This document shows positions 1 through 9,955 of a stretch of 64,000 nt of DNA, piece after piece; positions within the stretch are counted from its first letter, which is position 1; each line of letters starts with the position of its first letter. The stretch is from the NCBI GenBank assembly GCA_963675495.1, contig OY776215.1, positions 1,792,001 through 1,856,000 of the forward strand. Direction: 5' to 3'. Source of the stretch: an uncultured Methanolobus sp. GTDB lineage: Archaea > Halobacteriota > Methanosarcinia > Methanosarcinales > Methanosarcinaceae. Under the pieces are notes generated by a model. That model did no database searches, was not told the DNA's origin, and saw nothing but the letters and a program-made list of their open reading frames with translations. A program made the position numbers and the translations under genes.

Positions 1-1284
1 CCGGTTCTTTACACGGCGCGCGATACCGTCATAGGACGCTTCGTGTATCTTGCCACTTTCCACATAATAGTCTCTTGTGACATCATCACCAATGAAGTCT
101 ATGAAACCGCCGTATGTGTGCTGAGTGCTCTTCTTGAAGAAATCATCAAGCAGCAGGTCAACTCCCACATATTGCAGCTCTGTCATGCCCACAGGTGCGA
201 TGAGCCATGAATTGTTGCGTACCATCTCAAAAGGAATGGTGAACTCGATCTGCTCAGCCCTTGACCTGCCTGTGTAGCCCTCACCATCAACCTTTGCCAC
301 AAAGGTCTTCGTGTTCTTACATGCGCCGAAATTGACCTTTTCAGCACTGAACCTGAAGTCATCATCGTCTGTGATCTCAGGATTATCCTCAAATATCTGT
401 GAATACTCGTCCTGCGGGTCCATTATTACAAGACAGGGATTTCTCTTCTCTTCAGAACCACGAAGGTTGTAACGGTTGTTCTCACTCATGAACTGGCGCA
501 GGATGTTCTTTGTAAGGAAGGTCTTTCCAGTACCTGTGCTGCCGCAGACCAGCATATGCCTGAATATCAGTGGGTCTCCCATGGAATAATCATTCCTCAG
601 GTAGTAAGGAACCGTGGGTGGTACTGCATGTGTCTTGACAAGTTCGCCGCCAACACTCAGGTGTCCCATGAAGATACCCTCTTCAGGAATATTGAGACCT
701 GTCTGTATCTTCTTCTTCTCGGTCACAGGCAGTATTGGAGTGTTAGGTCGGGGTATCCTGTCGCTCATTCTCCTGGCAAGTATTCCTTCCTTGTCATTTG
801 GTTCATAGAGGATGCATATTGGATCGAGGAAAGCCAGAAACTTGTAATCCACCTCATCAGTAGTATTGGACTGAAGCATCCTGCGGGAATGTATCTCAGT
901 GGCATCATCAACCGCAAACTCTTGCAGGTACTGGAGTTTCCATATCCTTGCGAAAAGGTCCTCATCTCCGTATGGTACGATGACGTATGTTCCAAGTCTC
1001 ACTTTCTGGCGGTGGGATGTAGTGATGTAGCCTGTTATTCTCGCTCCGGCTTCTGTGATCTCCAGAGGGTCTATGCCTGTGGTTATTATCCCAAAAGCCC
1101 CATCTGAAACACCGTTCTTCTTATTCTGCAGGACCGTTGTCTCAGGTTCGAAGTCCTCAAACAATTCATCTGTTCCGTCTCCGGCAAGAGAAATCTCAGT
1201 TTTGATTTCTTCATTGATCCTGTCTGTTTCATCGTTCCTGTCTTTTGCAAAAGAAAGTATGTCCTCATCTCTCATCCTGTTCAT
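1..1284 (-). CDS. herA: HerA-like ATPase/helicase (partial, runs off the window start; not in the ORF track)
   Basis: Manual translation from ATG 1284 or 1275: MNRMRDEDILSFAK...IFRHMLVCGSTGTGKTFLTKNILRQF (Walker A with the HerA-type RH-x-L-V-x-G-x-TGTGKT). Overlaps the stop of the NurA-domain gene. Confidence 0.85.
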   Translation of the reverse strand, partial: MNRMRDEDILSFAKDRNDETDRINEEIKTEISLAGDGTDELFEDFEPETTVLQNKKNGVSDGAFGIITTGIDPLEITEAGARITGYITTSHRQKVRLGTYVIVPYGDEDLFARIWKLQYLQEFAVDDATEIHSRRMLQSNTTDEVDYKFLAFLDPICILYEPNDKEGILARRMSDRIPRPNTPILPVTEKKKIQTGLNIPEEGIFMGHLSVGGELVKTHAVPPTVPYYLRNDYSMGDPLIFRHMLVCGSTGTGKTFLTKNILRQFMSENNRYNLRGSEEKRNPCLVIMDPQDEYSQIFEDNPEITDDDDFRFSAEKVNFGACKNTKTFVAKVDGEGYTGRSRAEQIEFTIPFEMVRNNSWLIAPVGMTELQYVGVDLLLDDFFKKSTQHTYGGFIDFIGDDVTRDYYVESGKIHEASYDGIARRVKNR

Positions 1285-2548
1285 CCCACCTTGTGTCATT
1301 ATATGTAGTATCTATTTTTGAATTCCTGAACCTGTCTATGATATGTCGTCTTTCAGACACCGGTATCTTTGCTATGGAATCTGCTTTTGACAGGGTCTTT
1401 GGTATTCCGCCCAGTGCCAGGTCGTAGAGCACTTTTCTTGTTATTCGGTTCCGCAGTTCTTCGTTCTTTATCAGTCCGTAAGGGGATTCTATCTTAAAAA
1501 TTGTGCTCAGTTTTGGGACATATGCCATGAAGAAACAGAGAGCATAATCTTCCGCCTCAAATTTCCCGCTGGCCAGCTCTGCAACCAGGGGAGAAGTTGA
1601 TTTGAGCATTTTTTCGTAGAACTGGTTTGGCTGTGCGAACCAGTTGGTGTAAGTGATATACTTATTTGCCTCTTTTTTCTTCATTCCCGATCTTTCAAGG
1701 GACAGTGCATTCTTGAAGAACTGGGCATCCACAAGCCAGGGAAGGTCAAGTTCAGGATCCTGTTTTTTAAGTGCCAGCATTATCTGCATATCCTCGGGGT
1801 TCTTGACAAAACCTACAAGAGGTTTCATGTTCTCGATATGATGGTCCACTATGTCAACATAGTTTTGAATTATTTTGATGCTGCTTTCATCAATGCGTAT
1901 GTTCACATCCCCGGAATCAACGACCATCCAGTACATGACCCTTTTTGGATAGATAGGACCATCCATTATGAAAAAATCCTCATTTTCAATACTGTCAAGC
2001 ATCCAGAGTATATGCTCGGATTCACAAAGATAAAGGGCTACATCGTGCAGTATATCCGTGACCTTCTTATTTAGCAAACCGGGCTGGATACGGATTATTT
2101 TTTTCCGTCCCATATCATTGTCAAATGATTCCCAACCGTTGCTGGTACTCAGGTATATTTTTTTGCTTGCCGTGTAAGCTGCTGCCACTATGGTTCGTTT
2201 GCTGTGTATATCAAGGTTAGTAGGAGTGCTTGCCATTGCACAGTGGCAGAGGTCAACATAAAGTCCGTTATCGAATGTTTTTGCAGTTGTACTGCCGCTA
2301 TCACATGAGTATGTTTTCGGGAAAGGGTCCTCTGATCGTATCATCCTTTCAATGTTTGCTTTTCCACGCCTGACAGGTCCTATTGATCTTAGGACTATCT
2401 TCCCGTTGTATTCCAGTTTTCTGAGATGCTCAAAGATATTCTTTACATTTTCAGCGTCATCACATTCATTTTCATCTTTTTTGAAACAGTTGTCAATACG
2501 GTCAACTATCTCGTGTATCTCTTTTATGTGAATAGGCTCAAGGGTCAT
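1265..2548 (-). CDS. nurA: NurA-domain nuclease
   Basis: SCDSGS and FIMDGPIY acidic motifs, GFVKNP, C-terminal GIPKTLSKADSIAKI. Coupled to herA. Start taken at MTLEPIH (2548); the ORF track extends to 2647. Confidence 0.8.
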   Translation of the reverse strand: MTLEPIHIKEIHEIVDRIDNCFKKDENECDDAENVKNIFEHLRKLEYNGKIVLRSIGPVRRGKANIERMIRSEDPFPKTYSCDSGSTTAKTFDNGLYVDLCHCAMASTPTNLDIHSKRTIVAAAYTASKKIYLSTSNGWESFDNDMGRKKIIRIQPGLLNKKVTDILHDVALYLCESEHILWMLDSIENEDFFIMDGPIYPKRVMYWMVVDSGDVNIRIDESSIKIIQNYVDIVDHHIENMKPLVGFVKNPEDMQIMLALKKQDPELDLPWLVDAQFFKNALSLERSGMKKKEANKYITYTNWFAQPNQFYEKMLKSTSPLVAELASGKFEAEDYALCFFMAYVPKLSTIFKIESPYGLIKNEELRNRITRKVLYDLALGGIPKTLSKADSIAKIPVSERRHIIDRFRNSKIDTTYNDTRWDEQDER

Positions 2549-2839
2549 GGAGTAGAATAGTATCTGAATGATAATATTATTTTGTATTGGATTCTGATTA
2601 TTTTGAATCTTCTTATTTGTAAAAATCAATCTAATTTTGCCTTTCAAATTATATCCAAAACAATATATATGCTGGATGAAAGTGGTTCAAATATTTAAAT
2701 TAAATTAAATTGATTACAACTAAAGACAATTTTTTAAAAACCCTTAAATAGTAGCCATAATAAGAACTATGCACATATATAAAGGTCTTCAGCAGTTATT
2801 GCTGAAGTCATGTTGTTATTTATTTAAGAGGTTGTAGTT

Positions 2840-4777
2840 ATGGAAGGTTATGAAATATTCTTGTTATTAATGGCAGTCTACGTACTCGGACTGATTGGTG
2901 TAGGATTGTATTTTACAAAACGTCAGAAATCCGTAACTGATTTCTGGCTTGGAGGTCGCAAGACCAGTGCATTGGGTGTTGGCTTTTCAGCAGCATCTTC
3001 GTGGATGACCGCTGGAGGCATCCTGGCAGTTATTGGATTTTATATGCTGCTGGGAATGGGTTCTATATGGGGTTTTGTAGCTCCTAATATCCTTGCTTTG
3101 CTGCTTATTGCTTTGCTTGTGGGTAAGATAAAACATCTTCCTGCTATTACTCAGCCGGAATTGCTGGAACAGAGATACAGCGGTGCTCTGCGTGGGCCGA
3201 TAGCATTGATCATTGCTATTGTTATGATTCTCTTTGCAGTGGCTGATATTAAAGGTCTGTCACTTGTACTTGAGATATTCTTTGGCCTTCCTCCAATATA
3301 TGCTGCAGCTATTGTAGCCATTGCAATTTCTTTATATGTTACTCTTGGTGGTTTCTCTGCTGTTGTATGGACCGATATGATCCAGTTTGTCCTGCTGGCA
3401 ACATTCTCTATTGCCATGGCACTCATCGTTGTGAGCGCTGCAACTGCAGGAACTGATGAAATTGTCTCTGTTAGCTCATCTGACCTTTTTGGAAGTGTTC
3501 CGTCTGAATGGTGGAACCCGATGATCATAGGTCTTCCTGCTATACTGATCTTCATCTTCGCGATCATACCCGGCTGGGTAACGGAACAGGACCCTTGGCA
3601 GAGGGTCTGGGCTGCAAAGGATGAGAAGTCTGCAAGGAACGGTATGATTCTCGGTTCTTTCCTTATTTTCCTTATTTTTGGTATTGCATGTACCATTATA
3701 GCAATAGGCCTGAACCATCTCTACCCTGAGATACCCGCCTCTTTTGCCGATATAGGTATGGGTGCAATGGCTATGGCTGAGCCGGCATTGCTGGTCTTCA
3801 TAGTAGAAAATCTATCGCCTCTGGGACTTGGTCTGGCAGGTGTCGGTCTTGCTGCAGCTGCTATGTCTTCTGCAGATACCTTTGCAACATCCGGTGGTTC
3901 CTGTCTTTCAAGGGACATCTACCAGAGATACATAAAACCTGATGCTACCATGAAGGAAATGCTGGCTATAAACAGGATCAGCGTTCTAATCATTGTAGCT
4001 GGTGCAACCTTCTTTTCCTTCTACATCCAGGGGATTATCGATGCCATCCATATTGCAACTTTTATTGCAAGTGCATCCTACTTCTTCCCTCTGATGGGAG
4101 GTCTGTTCTGGAAGCGTGCAACCAAGGAAGGTGCATTGGCAGGACTCATTGTCGGTGCTGTTGTACAGATAGGACTTACTATCATCGATGTTACCAATAC
4201 TCCTCAGTTCGCACCTGCATACCTTGATGGTATTCACCCATTGCTTTCAAACCACGGAGTTATCGTGGGAATGCTGCTCAGCGGAATAGCTTTCTTCGGT
4301 GTATCCTTTGCAACAAAACCATCCAGCACTGTAAATCTTGCTCCGTTCTTTGCAGATGAAGCAGAGAAACTTAAGGAAGAGGCTATGGTGGTTGATGAAT
4401 CCGATCCAGATTACAAAAAGCTTCTTACAACTATCGAAAAAGAGGTTAATGGAGACCGTGCAATTGTAAAACTGAATCTGGAGGCATCTGCAACTATCAA
4501 CTGGGCCAAGTTTGTAAATGAGCTCAAATCCACTCACCCTTCCTGGGTAACACCAACTGGTAGAGATTCTGTTTACAGGTTGACAAAAGCGGATATGCTT
4601 GCCTGTGTATCACTTACCAGAGGAAACAATGAGAGAGAGATATGGTTTGCATCAGAGCCATTGGCAGCTGATCTTGACCTGAGCACAAAGGAGTTCCTGG
4701 TAGCTTTCAAACAGGTTTCAGAAGCACTTGGTAACATTGGATTGCTGATGACCCTGCCATCCGGGGACAACTACTAA
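2840..4777 (+). CDS. Sodium:solute symporter (SSS family) with soluble C-terminal extension
   Basis: About 13 hydrophobic segments, DFWLGGR, YVTLGGFSAVVWTDMIQF, WQRVWAAKDEKSAR, AAAMSSADT. Confidence 0.9.
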   Translation: MEGYEIFLLLMAVYVLGLIGVGLYFTKRQKSVTDFWLGGRKTSALGVGFSAASSWMTAGGILAVIGFYMLLGMGSIWGFVAPNILALLLIALLVGKIKHLPAITQPELLEQRYSGALRGPIALIIAIVMILFAVADIKGLSLVLEIFFGLPPIYAAAIVAIAISLYVTLGGFSAVVWTDMIQFVLLATFSIAMALIVVSAATAGTDEIVSVSSSDLFGSVPSEWWNPMIIGLPAILIFIFAIIPGWVTEQDPWQRVWAAKDEKSARNGMILGSFLIFLIFGIACTIIAIGLNHLYPEIPASFADIGMGAMAMAEPALLVFIVENLSPLGLGLAGVGLAAAAMSSADTFATSGGSCLSRDIYQRYIKPDATMKEMLAINRISVLIIVAGATFFSFYIQGIIDAIHIATFIASASYFFPLMGGLFWKRATKEGALAGLIVGAVVQIGLTIIDVTNTPQFAPAYLDGIHPLLSNHGVIVGMLLSGIAFFGVSFATKPSSTVNLAPFFADEAEKLKEEAMVVDESDPDYKKLLTTIEKEVNGDRAIVKLNLEASATINWAKFVNELKSTHPSWVTPTGRDSVYRLTKADMLACVSLTRGNNEREIWFASEPLAADLDLSTKEFLVAFKQVSEALGNIGLLMTLPSGDNY

Positions 4778-4790
4778 GTATATATGTCTT

Positions 4791-4835
4791 CTCTGGAGTA
4801 AAATCCAGAGCAACTTCTTTTTATTTATTTTTTAC
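4791..4835 (+). terminator. Hairpin plus T-tract after the symporter gene
   Basis: CTCTGGA-gtaaaa-TCCAGAG followed by T-rich runs. Confidence 0.5.
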
Positions 4836-4946
4836 TCTCATTTTTGTATTAATAGAATCTCAATTTTTACATATTTATTCATTTTTTACATATTATACAA
4901 ATATAATTTTCAGAAACTATATCTATTCTAAAATCCATGTATACTT

Positions 4947-5261
4947 GTGGTACGTATGGAATTGAAAAACCCTATTTTAGACATTGACGTTAATGAAGAG
5001 AATAGGGCAAAAATTCAACCTTTAAAGGATGGTTTTGAAGAACTGACCCCTGAAGAAAGGTTTGATGTTGTGGAACTTCAGAACATAATGCTTCAAAAAG
5101 TTTCCAACCACCGTGAGAAGTATGGGATGCCAAAGACCGGGCAGAAAGCTGAAAGGGATGCAAATGAGATAATCTCCCACATGTCATCAAAGTCTCTTGA
5201 TTATTCCCAGGCATGCATTAATTATTATGTTTCAAAGATCTCTTCTGCTATGAAGAAATAG
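4947..5261 (+). CDS. Hypothetical protein
   Basis: 104-aa ORF with normal composition between AT-rich spacers. Confidence 0.6.
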   Translation: MVRMELKNPILDIDVNEENRAKIQPLKDGFEELTPEERFDVVELQNIMLQKVSNHREKYGMPKTGQKAERDANEIISHMSSKSLDYSQACINYYVSKISSAMKK

Positions 5262-5384
5262 AATCGGTACTTTTGCCAGTTATTTTTATTTCATTTTCAT
5301 ATTTTATTCATTTAGGTTTTGGATAAATTCACATCCTGTCATCACTCAAAACTTATAAGTGAAATACAGGACAATAATGCTGGC

Positions 5385-6419
5385 ATGGCAGAGATAATCT
5401 TTGATGATATTGGCAGTTTTCCTCTTCCGGCAGGAACATCCAAAGACTGGATGCTTGGGAAATTTTTCGAAAAGAAGAATGATACGGAACTATTTAAGGT
5501 CATAAATGATGCTTTCATGAAGAAAGTAGAGGCTGGTGTGGAAGTACCTACCTATCCGCAATATCAGGATATGAACGAGCAGTTCCTGTCCATCATCAGA
5601 GATCCTAATTGTACCGAAGAACCATTCAAGGTAAAAGTCTCCGATGCTCGTATCATTGAACTCGAAGCCATTGAAACCGTTGCCAAAGCCTACAGGGAAG
5701 AGAACGATGAAAAGCTTGATGTGCGTGTTTGTGTTACCGGACCCCTTGAGCTTTATCTCAAGGAATTTGGCGGAACCGAGTATGTTGATATACTGAATCT
5801 GTTTGGAGAAAGTGTTGATCGTTTCGTGAAGAACTCACTTTCAGGTGCAAAGAACTTTAACATAAGGACCGTTTCCATTGATGAACCAAGCATAGGCATT
5901 AATCCACAGGTAATGTTCTCAGACAACGACCTCATAAAAGCCATGGACATTGCATGCAGCTCCGCAAAAAAAGCTGGTTGCGATGTGGAAATTCATCTTC
6001 ATTCACCCCTTCATTACACACTTGCATGCCAGACTGAGAATATCAGTGTCATTGGTGTTGAATCCGCAGCAACTCCCTCCTACCTTGACCTGATTGACAA
6101 AAAAATCCTTGAAGATGCCGATTCTTATCTCAGGGTTGGAATTGCAAGGACAGATGTCTTCAACCTTGTCGCTGTGCTCAACGACAAATACAACACCAAT
6201 GTCTGGAAAGAAACCCAATATTTCCCTGAGATTATAAATGATATGGAAACTCCGGCAGTCATCTCAAAGAGACTTTCAAAGGCATATTCCATGTTCGGAG
6301 AGACCGTCAAATATGCAGGTCCTGACTGTGGTCTGGGTTCATGGCCATCCCAGGAGATAGCAGCGCAATTACTGAGTAATGTTGCAGAGGGTATAGCTGA
6401 TTTCAAGAAAGGTCTTTAA
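5385..6419 (+). CDS. Core (single-barrel) MetE-like methionine synthase, MesA type
   Basis: DDIGSFP start, VTGPL, SIDEPS, IHLH zinc ligand, GPDCGLG. Start taken at MAEIIFDD. Confidence 0.85.
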   Translation: MAEIIFDDIGSFPLPAGTSKDWMLGKFFEKKNDTELFKVINDAFMKKVEAGVEVPTYPQYQDMNEQFLSIIRDPNCTEEPFKVKVSDARIIELEAIETVAKAYREENDEKLDVRVCVTGPLELYLKEFGGTEYVDILNLFGESVDRFVKNSLSGAKNFNIRTVSIDEPSIGINPQVMFSDNDLIKAMDIACSSAKKAGCDVEIHLHSPLHYTLACQTENISVIGVESAATPSYLDLIDKKILEDADSYLRVGIARTDVFNLVAVLNDKYNTNVWKETQYFPEIINDMETPAVISKRLSKAYSMFGETVKYAGPDCGLGSWPSQEIAAQLLSNVAEGIADFKKGL

Positions 6420-6443
6420 GACCACCACCTTTCTTTTTTTTAT

Positions 6444-7478
6444 TTATAATTCCAGATCTATGATTGACGGCAAACTATCGTCAAGCACCTGCATAACTCT
6501 GTCAACAATACCCAATGTCACATAAGTTTCAATATATGCCGCAACAAGCAGAGTCAGAATAATAATCCCTAACATTTTCCAGATATATCCTGACCGGATG
6601 TAATCCTTTGTCGTACTAAATATATATGCAGCATCTTTTTTTAGGCTCTGAATGTCATTCCCATTGAATAGTTCTTTATCGACTACATCGTGGGCCTGGA
6701 TGTATGCGAAGCGGTATCCAAGAGCTACTGCCACAAGGATTGCAGGAATTTCGATGATACCATGAGGAACTATGGAAATAAAGAAGTAGATCACATTGTA
6801 GAATAGGCCAATGAGGATACCTTTCATTCCAAACAACTGGGATCCAGTCATAGCCCCGTTAAAAGTGAAGAATGCAAGAAGAATACCCATTAAAAAACCA
6901 TTTACCATCAGTATCATAAGCGGCAAAGTATATGGAATCATGTAGGCAAACATTCTGTACTCATCTTTTCCGTAACCACAATACTGCCAGATAGTGTTTT
7001 TTTTCTCTTGATTCTCTTTTTCTATGGAAGAGAAATTCCTGTCTACTATTGTTGTTATTTTAATCAGTAAACGGTTCAATGGCATTAGAAGTCTCTCAAA
7101 GAAGATAGAAAAACGGGCATAATGTTTGTGTTCTGACCGGATGTCTATGTCACTTATCAGCATTTGGTGTACCAGCATGAAAAGTCCTGTGCCAATTACA
7201 GCACAGGAAACTGCAATGCTGTTAAAGATAAAAATAGCCCACATTGGGTTTATGTAATTTGAAGTAACAGCTACTTTGGCTGTTGCCGCAGAAGCTGTGC
7301 TGATAATTACCTCACTCACAGGTTCTGGTTCTGCGAATACTAGCATCAGTATATAGGCAAATATGCCTATAATAAATGCAGAAGCCACTGATAACATGAA
7401 TACTCTGGCAGACCATTTCAAATCATTGGCGCTGATATTGAATCTAGTTCTATCTTTTATATTGTTCATTTGAAGCAC
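6444..7478 (-). CDS. Stage II sporulation protein M (SpoIIM/DUF95) family membrane protein
   Basis: IFIFNS, IVPHGIIEIPA and LLVAAYIETYVT motifs. Confidence 0.8.
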   Translation of the reverse strand: MLQMNNIKDRTRFNISANDLKWSARVFMLSVASAFIIGIFAYILMLVFAEPEPVSEVIISTASAATAKVAVTSNYINPMWAIFIFNSIAVSCAVIGTGLFMLVHQMLISDIDIRSEHKHYARFSIFFERLLMPLNRLLIKITTIVDRNFSSIEKENQEKKNTIWQYCGYGKDEYRMFAYMIPYTLPLMILMVNGFLMGILLAFFTFNGAMTGSQLFGMKGILIGLFYNVIYFFISIVPHGIIEIPAILVAVALGYRFAYIQAHDVVDKELFNGNDIQSLKKDAAYIFSTTKDYIRSGYIWKMLGIIILTLLVAAYIETYVTLGIVDRVMQVLDDSLPSIIDLEL

Positions 7479-7578
7479 ACGTTTGGTTAGTTTTTATACG
7501 TCGATGCATTGAAATACTTTAGATGTAGTATAATTATAATACTATATTACTGTTCATTATTTATGGGAAGTATTATCA

Positions 7579-8322
7579 ATGCGAATACCTACAGGGATTG
7601 AGGGATTTGACGATTTGGTCCAGGGCGGCTTTCTTTCAGAGAGAGTTTATGTACTGAGCGGTCCACCGGGAAGTGGAAAAACAACATTTGGAGTTCAGTT
7701 TCTCGCACAAGGGGCTGCAATAGGAGAAGTGGGATTATACGTAACTTTACTTGAATGCCCACAGAACATTATCAATGACATGTCTAACTATGCTATGAAT
7801 GTCATCACACTGATAAAAATGAAGAAACTTTTGTTTGCAGATCTTGGCCCACGTATGGAATATGGGTATATGGATGAGATCAATGAGTTTATAACAACGG
7901 ATTATAATATTAGCAAAAGTTCGACTGAAAGTGAGGCTCCATCTCCTTCAGTTGTTTTTAAGGAAATAGCCGCTTATGTTTCAGAGTATGATGTAAAACG
8001 TCTGGTCATTGATTCGGTATCTGCAATTCGGTTCACTTCTAAAGATCTGTCCCTGCAGGAAAAAGAGATGAGCAGGTTCATACGTAATCTTAAGAAATTA
8101 GGATGTACAACAGTATTGCTATCCGAAATGACAGACCCAGGTGCTTATTCTACAGAGCAGTTTGCTGCTCATGGTGTAGTTTTCATGCATAATTTCCTTT
8201 ATGATAAGTCCATGACCCGTGCTATTCAGGTTATTAAGATGCGTGGTACAAAACATGATTGTAACATGCATAGCGTTTCATTCACTGAAAAAGGGTTGAA
8301 AGTAGAGGGCTATCTTGAATGA
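7579..8322 (+). CDS. RAD55/KaiC-like single-domain ATPase
   Basis: RIPTGIEGFDDLVQGG, GPPGSGKT, RLVIDS, IKMRGT. Confidence 0.9.
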   Translation: MRIPTGIEGFDDLVQGGFLSERVYVLSGPPGSGKTTFGVQFLAQGAAIGEVGLYVTLLECPQNIINDMSNYAMNVITLIKMKKLLFADLGPRMEYGYMDEINEFITTDYNISKSSTESEAPSPSVVFKEIAAYVSEYDVKRLVIDSVSAIRFTSKDLSLQEKEMSRFIRNLKKLGCTTVLLSEMTDPGAYSTEQFAAHGVVFMHNFLYDKSMTRAIQVIKMRGTKHDCNMHSVSFTEKGLKVEGYLE

Positions 8323-8325
8323 TGG

Positions 8326-8844
8326 TTGTTTTTTATGGTAAAGATCTTTAAGAAAAAAGAAGAGAAAAAAACTCTTCCTGAAGAAGGCAAGGTCCAGCTT
8401 GCAGACGCATCCCGCAGGTTGGGTTTTGAAGTAGGTTACCATCATCACTCTGAAATTGGCTGGGTCCAGGAAAAACTATCACAAATATACAGGTTCGCTG
8501 AAGAATACGACCTCAATGATTTTGTAAAAGAACAATACAATAGTGGTAAAGAGGAAGGTTCCAAAGCAAAGGAAAGGGTTACTAAATCAGAACTTTCCAG
8601 AAAAAGCGTATCAAATAAAGTTGAACAACTTTCTGCTATTTCAATTGACAGAACAAAAAAAGACCATAGGAATTCAAATATTGGTTCAGGCTATAAAAGA
8701 TTCAATGTTGCACTTTCCGGTTCTTCTGATATGATTCGCCAACCAGGTCTTGTAGACCTGCCAGACAATATAGAGCGCCCAAAATCTATAGATAGGCCTT
8801 CTTTTTTAGATGGTGCCAGACATCTGACACCTAAAAAGAAATAG
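8326..8844 (+). CDS. Hypothetical protein, probably co-transcribed with the KaiC-like ATPase
   Basis: 172-aa ORF starting 3 nt after the ATPase stop. Confidence 0.7.
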   Translation: MFFMVKIFKKKEEKKTLPEEGKVQLADASRRLGFEVGYHHHSEIGWVQEKLSQIYRFAEEYDLNDFVKEQYNSGKEEGSKAKERVTKSELSRKSVSNKVEQLSAISIDRTKKDHRNSNIGSGYKRFNVALSGSSDMIRQPGLVDLPDNIERPKSIDRPSFLDGARHLTPKKK

Positions 8845-8864
8845 GAGTATTTATTGAAAAGGTA

Positions 8865-9902
8865 TTATTGTTCATAGCCAAAAGCAATGAACCTCTGTTT
8901 TTCATCAAGATTTGCAAAGATAAATCTGTCATCTTTGCTGTAGGCAACTTCCTTTGACCCGGATAATTTCAAGGTATATTCTTTTCCCGGACTTGCCTTT
9001 TCAACTTTATTTTCACCTTCAGTTATTTCCATAACTTTTACAGGTGAAGACTGGAGTCCAACATAAAGATGTAGCATATCACCAAGATTGAATTCTTTTG
9101 CCAGTGGTGAAAGAGTACATTTCAATATGAAATCTGTTGCAACAGTTTCTTCCTGTGAAACTATAAAGCCCCGGTCAATGTCCTTTGATTGTATACCTTT
9201 GAGGGCAAGCCCTACTCTTGCACCTGCAGGAGCAGATTTGACATCTACATCATGCATCTGTATGGATCTGATCTCCAGTTCCTTTTTGGTTGGGTATGCT
9301 ATCATCTTGTCCTTTGCGTTAATGGTTCCCTGTGTCGTAACTCCAAGCACAACACATCCGATACCGGTAACATTGAAGGACTGGTCTATTATTATACGTG
9401 GGCGCAGGCTGTCAAGTTCTTTCAGGTCTTCGGCTGCCCTGTCACCAACTGTGAATATGAGTTCTTTTAGCTCTTCCATGCCTTCAAAAGAAGTAGTGGA
9501 TATGGAAATGTAATCCCAGTTCTCAAGTGCAGTTCCTGTTGTAATTTTCTGTAACTTGGCCTGAAGCTCTTCCTGTGCAAGAGGATATGAAGTATCAGAT
9601 TTTGTGAGAACAACAATACCATGTTTATATTTCATCAGGTCAAGTGCAATGATACATTCTGCAGCCAGTGGATCAAGTCCTGTTGGAGGTATGCATAAAA
9701 GAGCGACATCAGAAAGGTTAAGTGCTGTAACCAATGCTTTTACAGACGCCGGATAACCGGTAGCATCAATGGTTGTGAGTATCCTGTCGTTCTTGGCATA
9801 ATCATACATTGTGACATCTGTAACGTTACTTCTCTTTCCAAGTTTTCCGGCAAGCGTGGTCTTACCGCTTTGCTCACTTCCGATGATAGTAATCTTTGTC
9901 AT
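8865..9902 (-). CDS. SelB-like/EF-Tu family translation GTPase
   Basis: GSEQSGKTT P-loop, LTKSD, IDQSFNVTGIGCVVLG, IRSIQMHD, GARVGLAL. Confidence 0.85.
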   Translation of the reverse strand: MTKITIIGSEQSGKTTLAGKLGKRSNVTDVTMYDYAKNDRILTTIDATGYPASVKALVTALNLSDVALLCIPPTGLDPLAAECIIALDLMKYKHGIVVLTKSDTSYPLAQEELQAKLQKITTGTALENWDYISISTTSFEGMEELKELIFTVGDRAAEDLKELDSLRPRIIIDQSFNVTGIGCVVLGVTTQGTINAKDKMIAYPTKKELEIRSIQMHDVDVKSAPAGARVGLALKGIQSKDIDRGFIVSQEETVATDFILKCTLSPLAKEFNLGDMLHLYVGLQSSPVKVMEITEGENKVEKASPGKEYTLKLSGSKEVAYSKDDRFIFANLDEKQRFIAFGYEQ

Positions 9903-9955
9903 ATAGGCACCCTTTTTGTGGTTTACGAATTAATCTATTCAGATATATGTCTTTT

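Noticed and set aside
8865-9902. SelB-like factor as evidence for selenocysteine decoding
   Set aside because: It is short and lacks the C-terminal SelB extension, and no tRNA-Sec or in-frame TGA selenoprotein was seen in the window.
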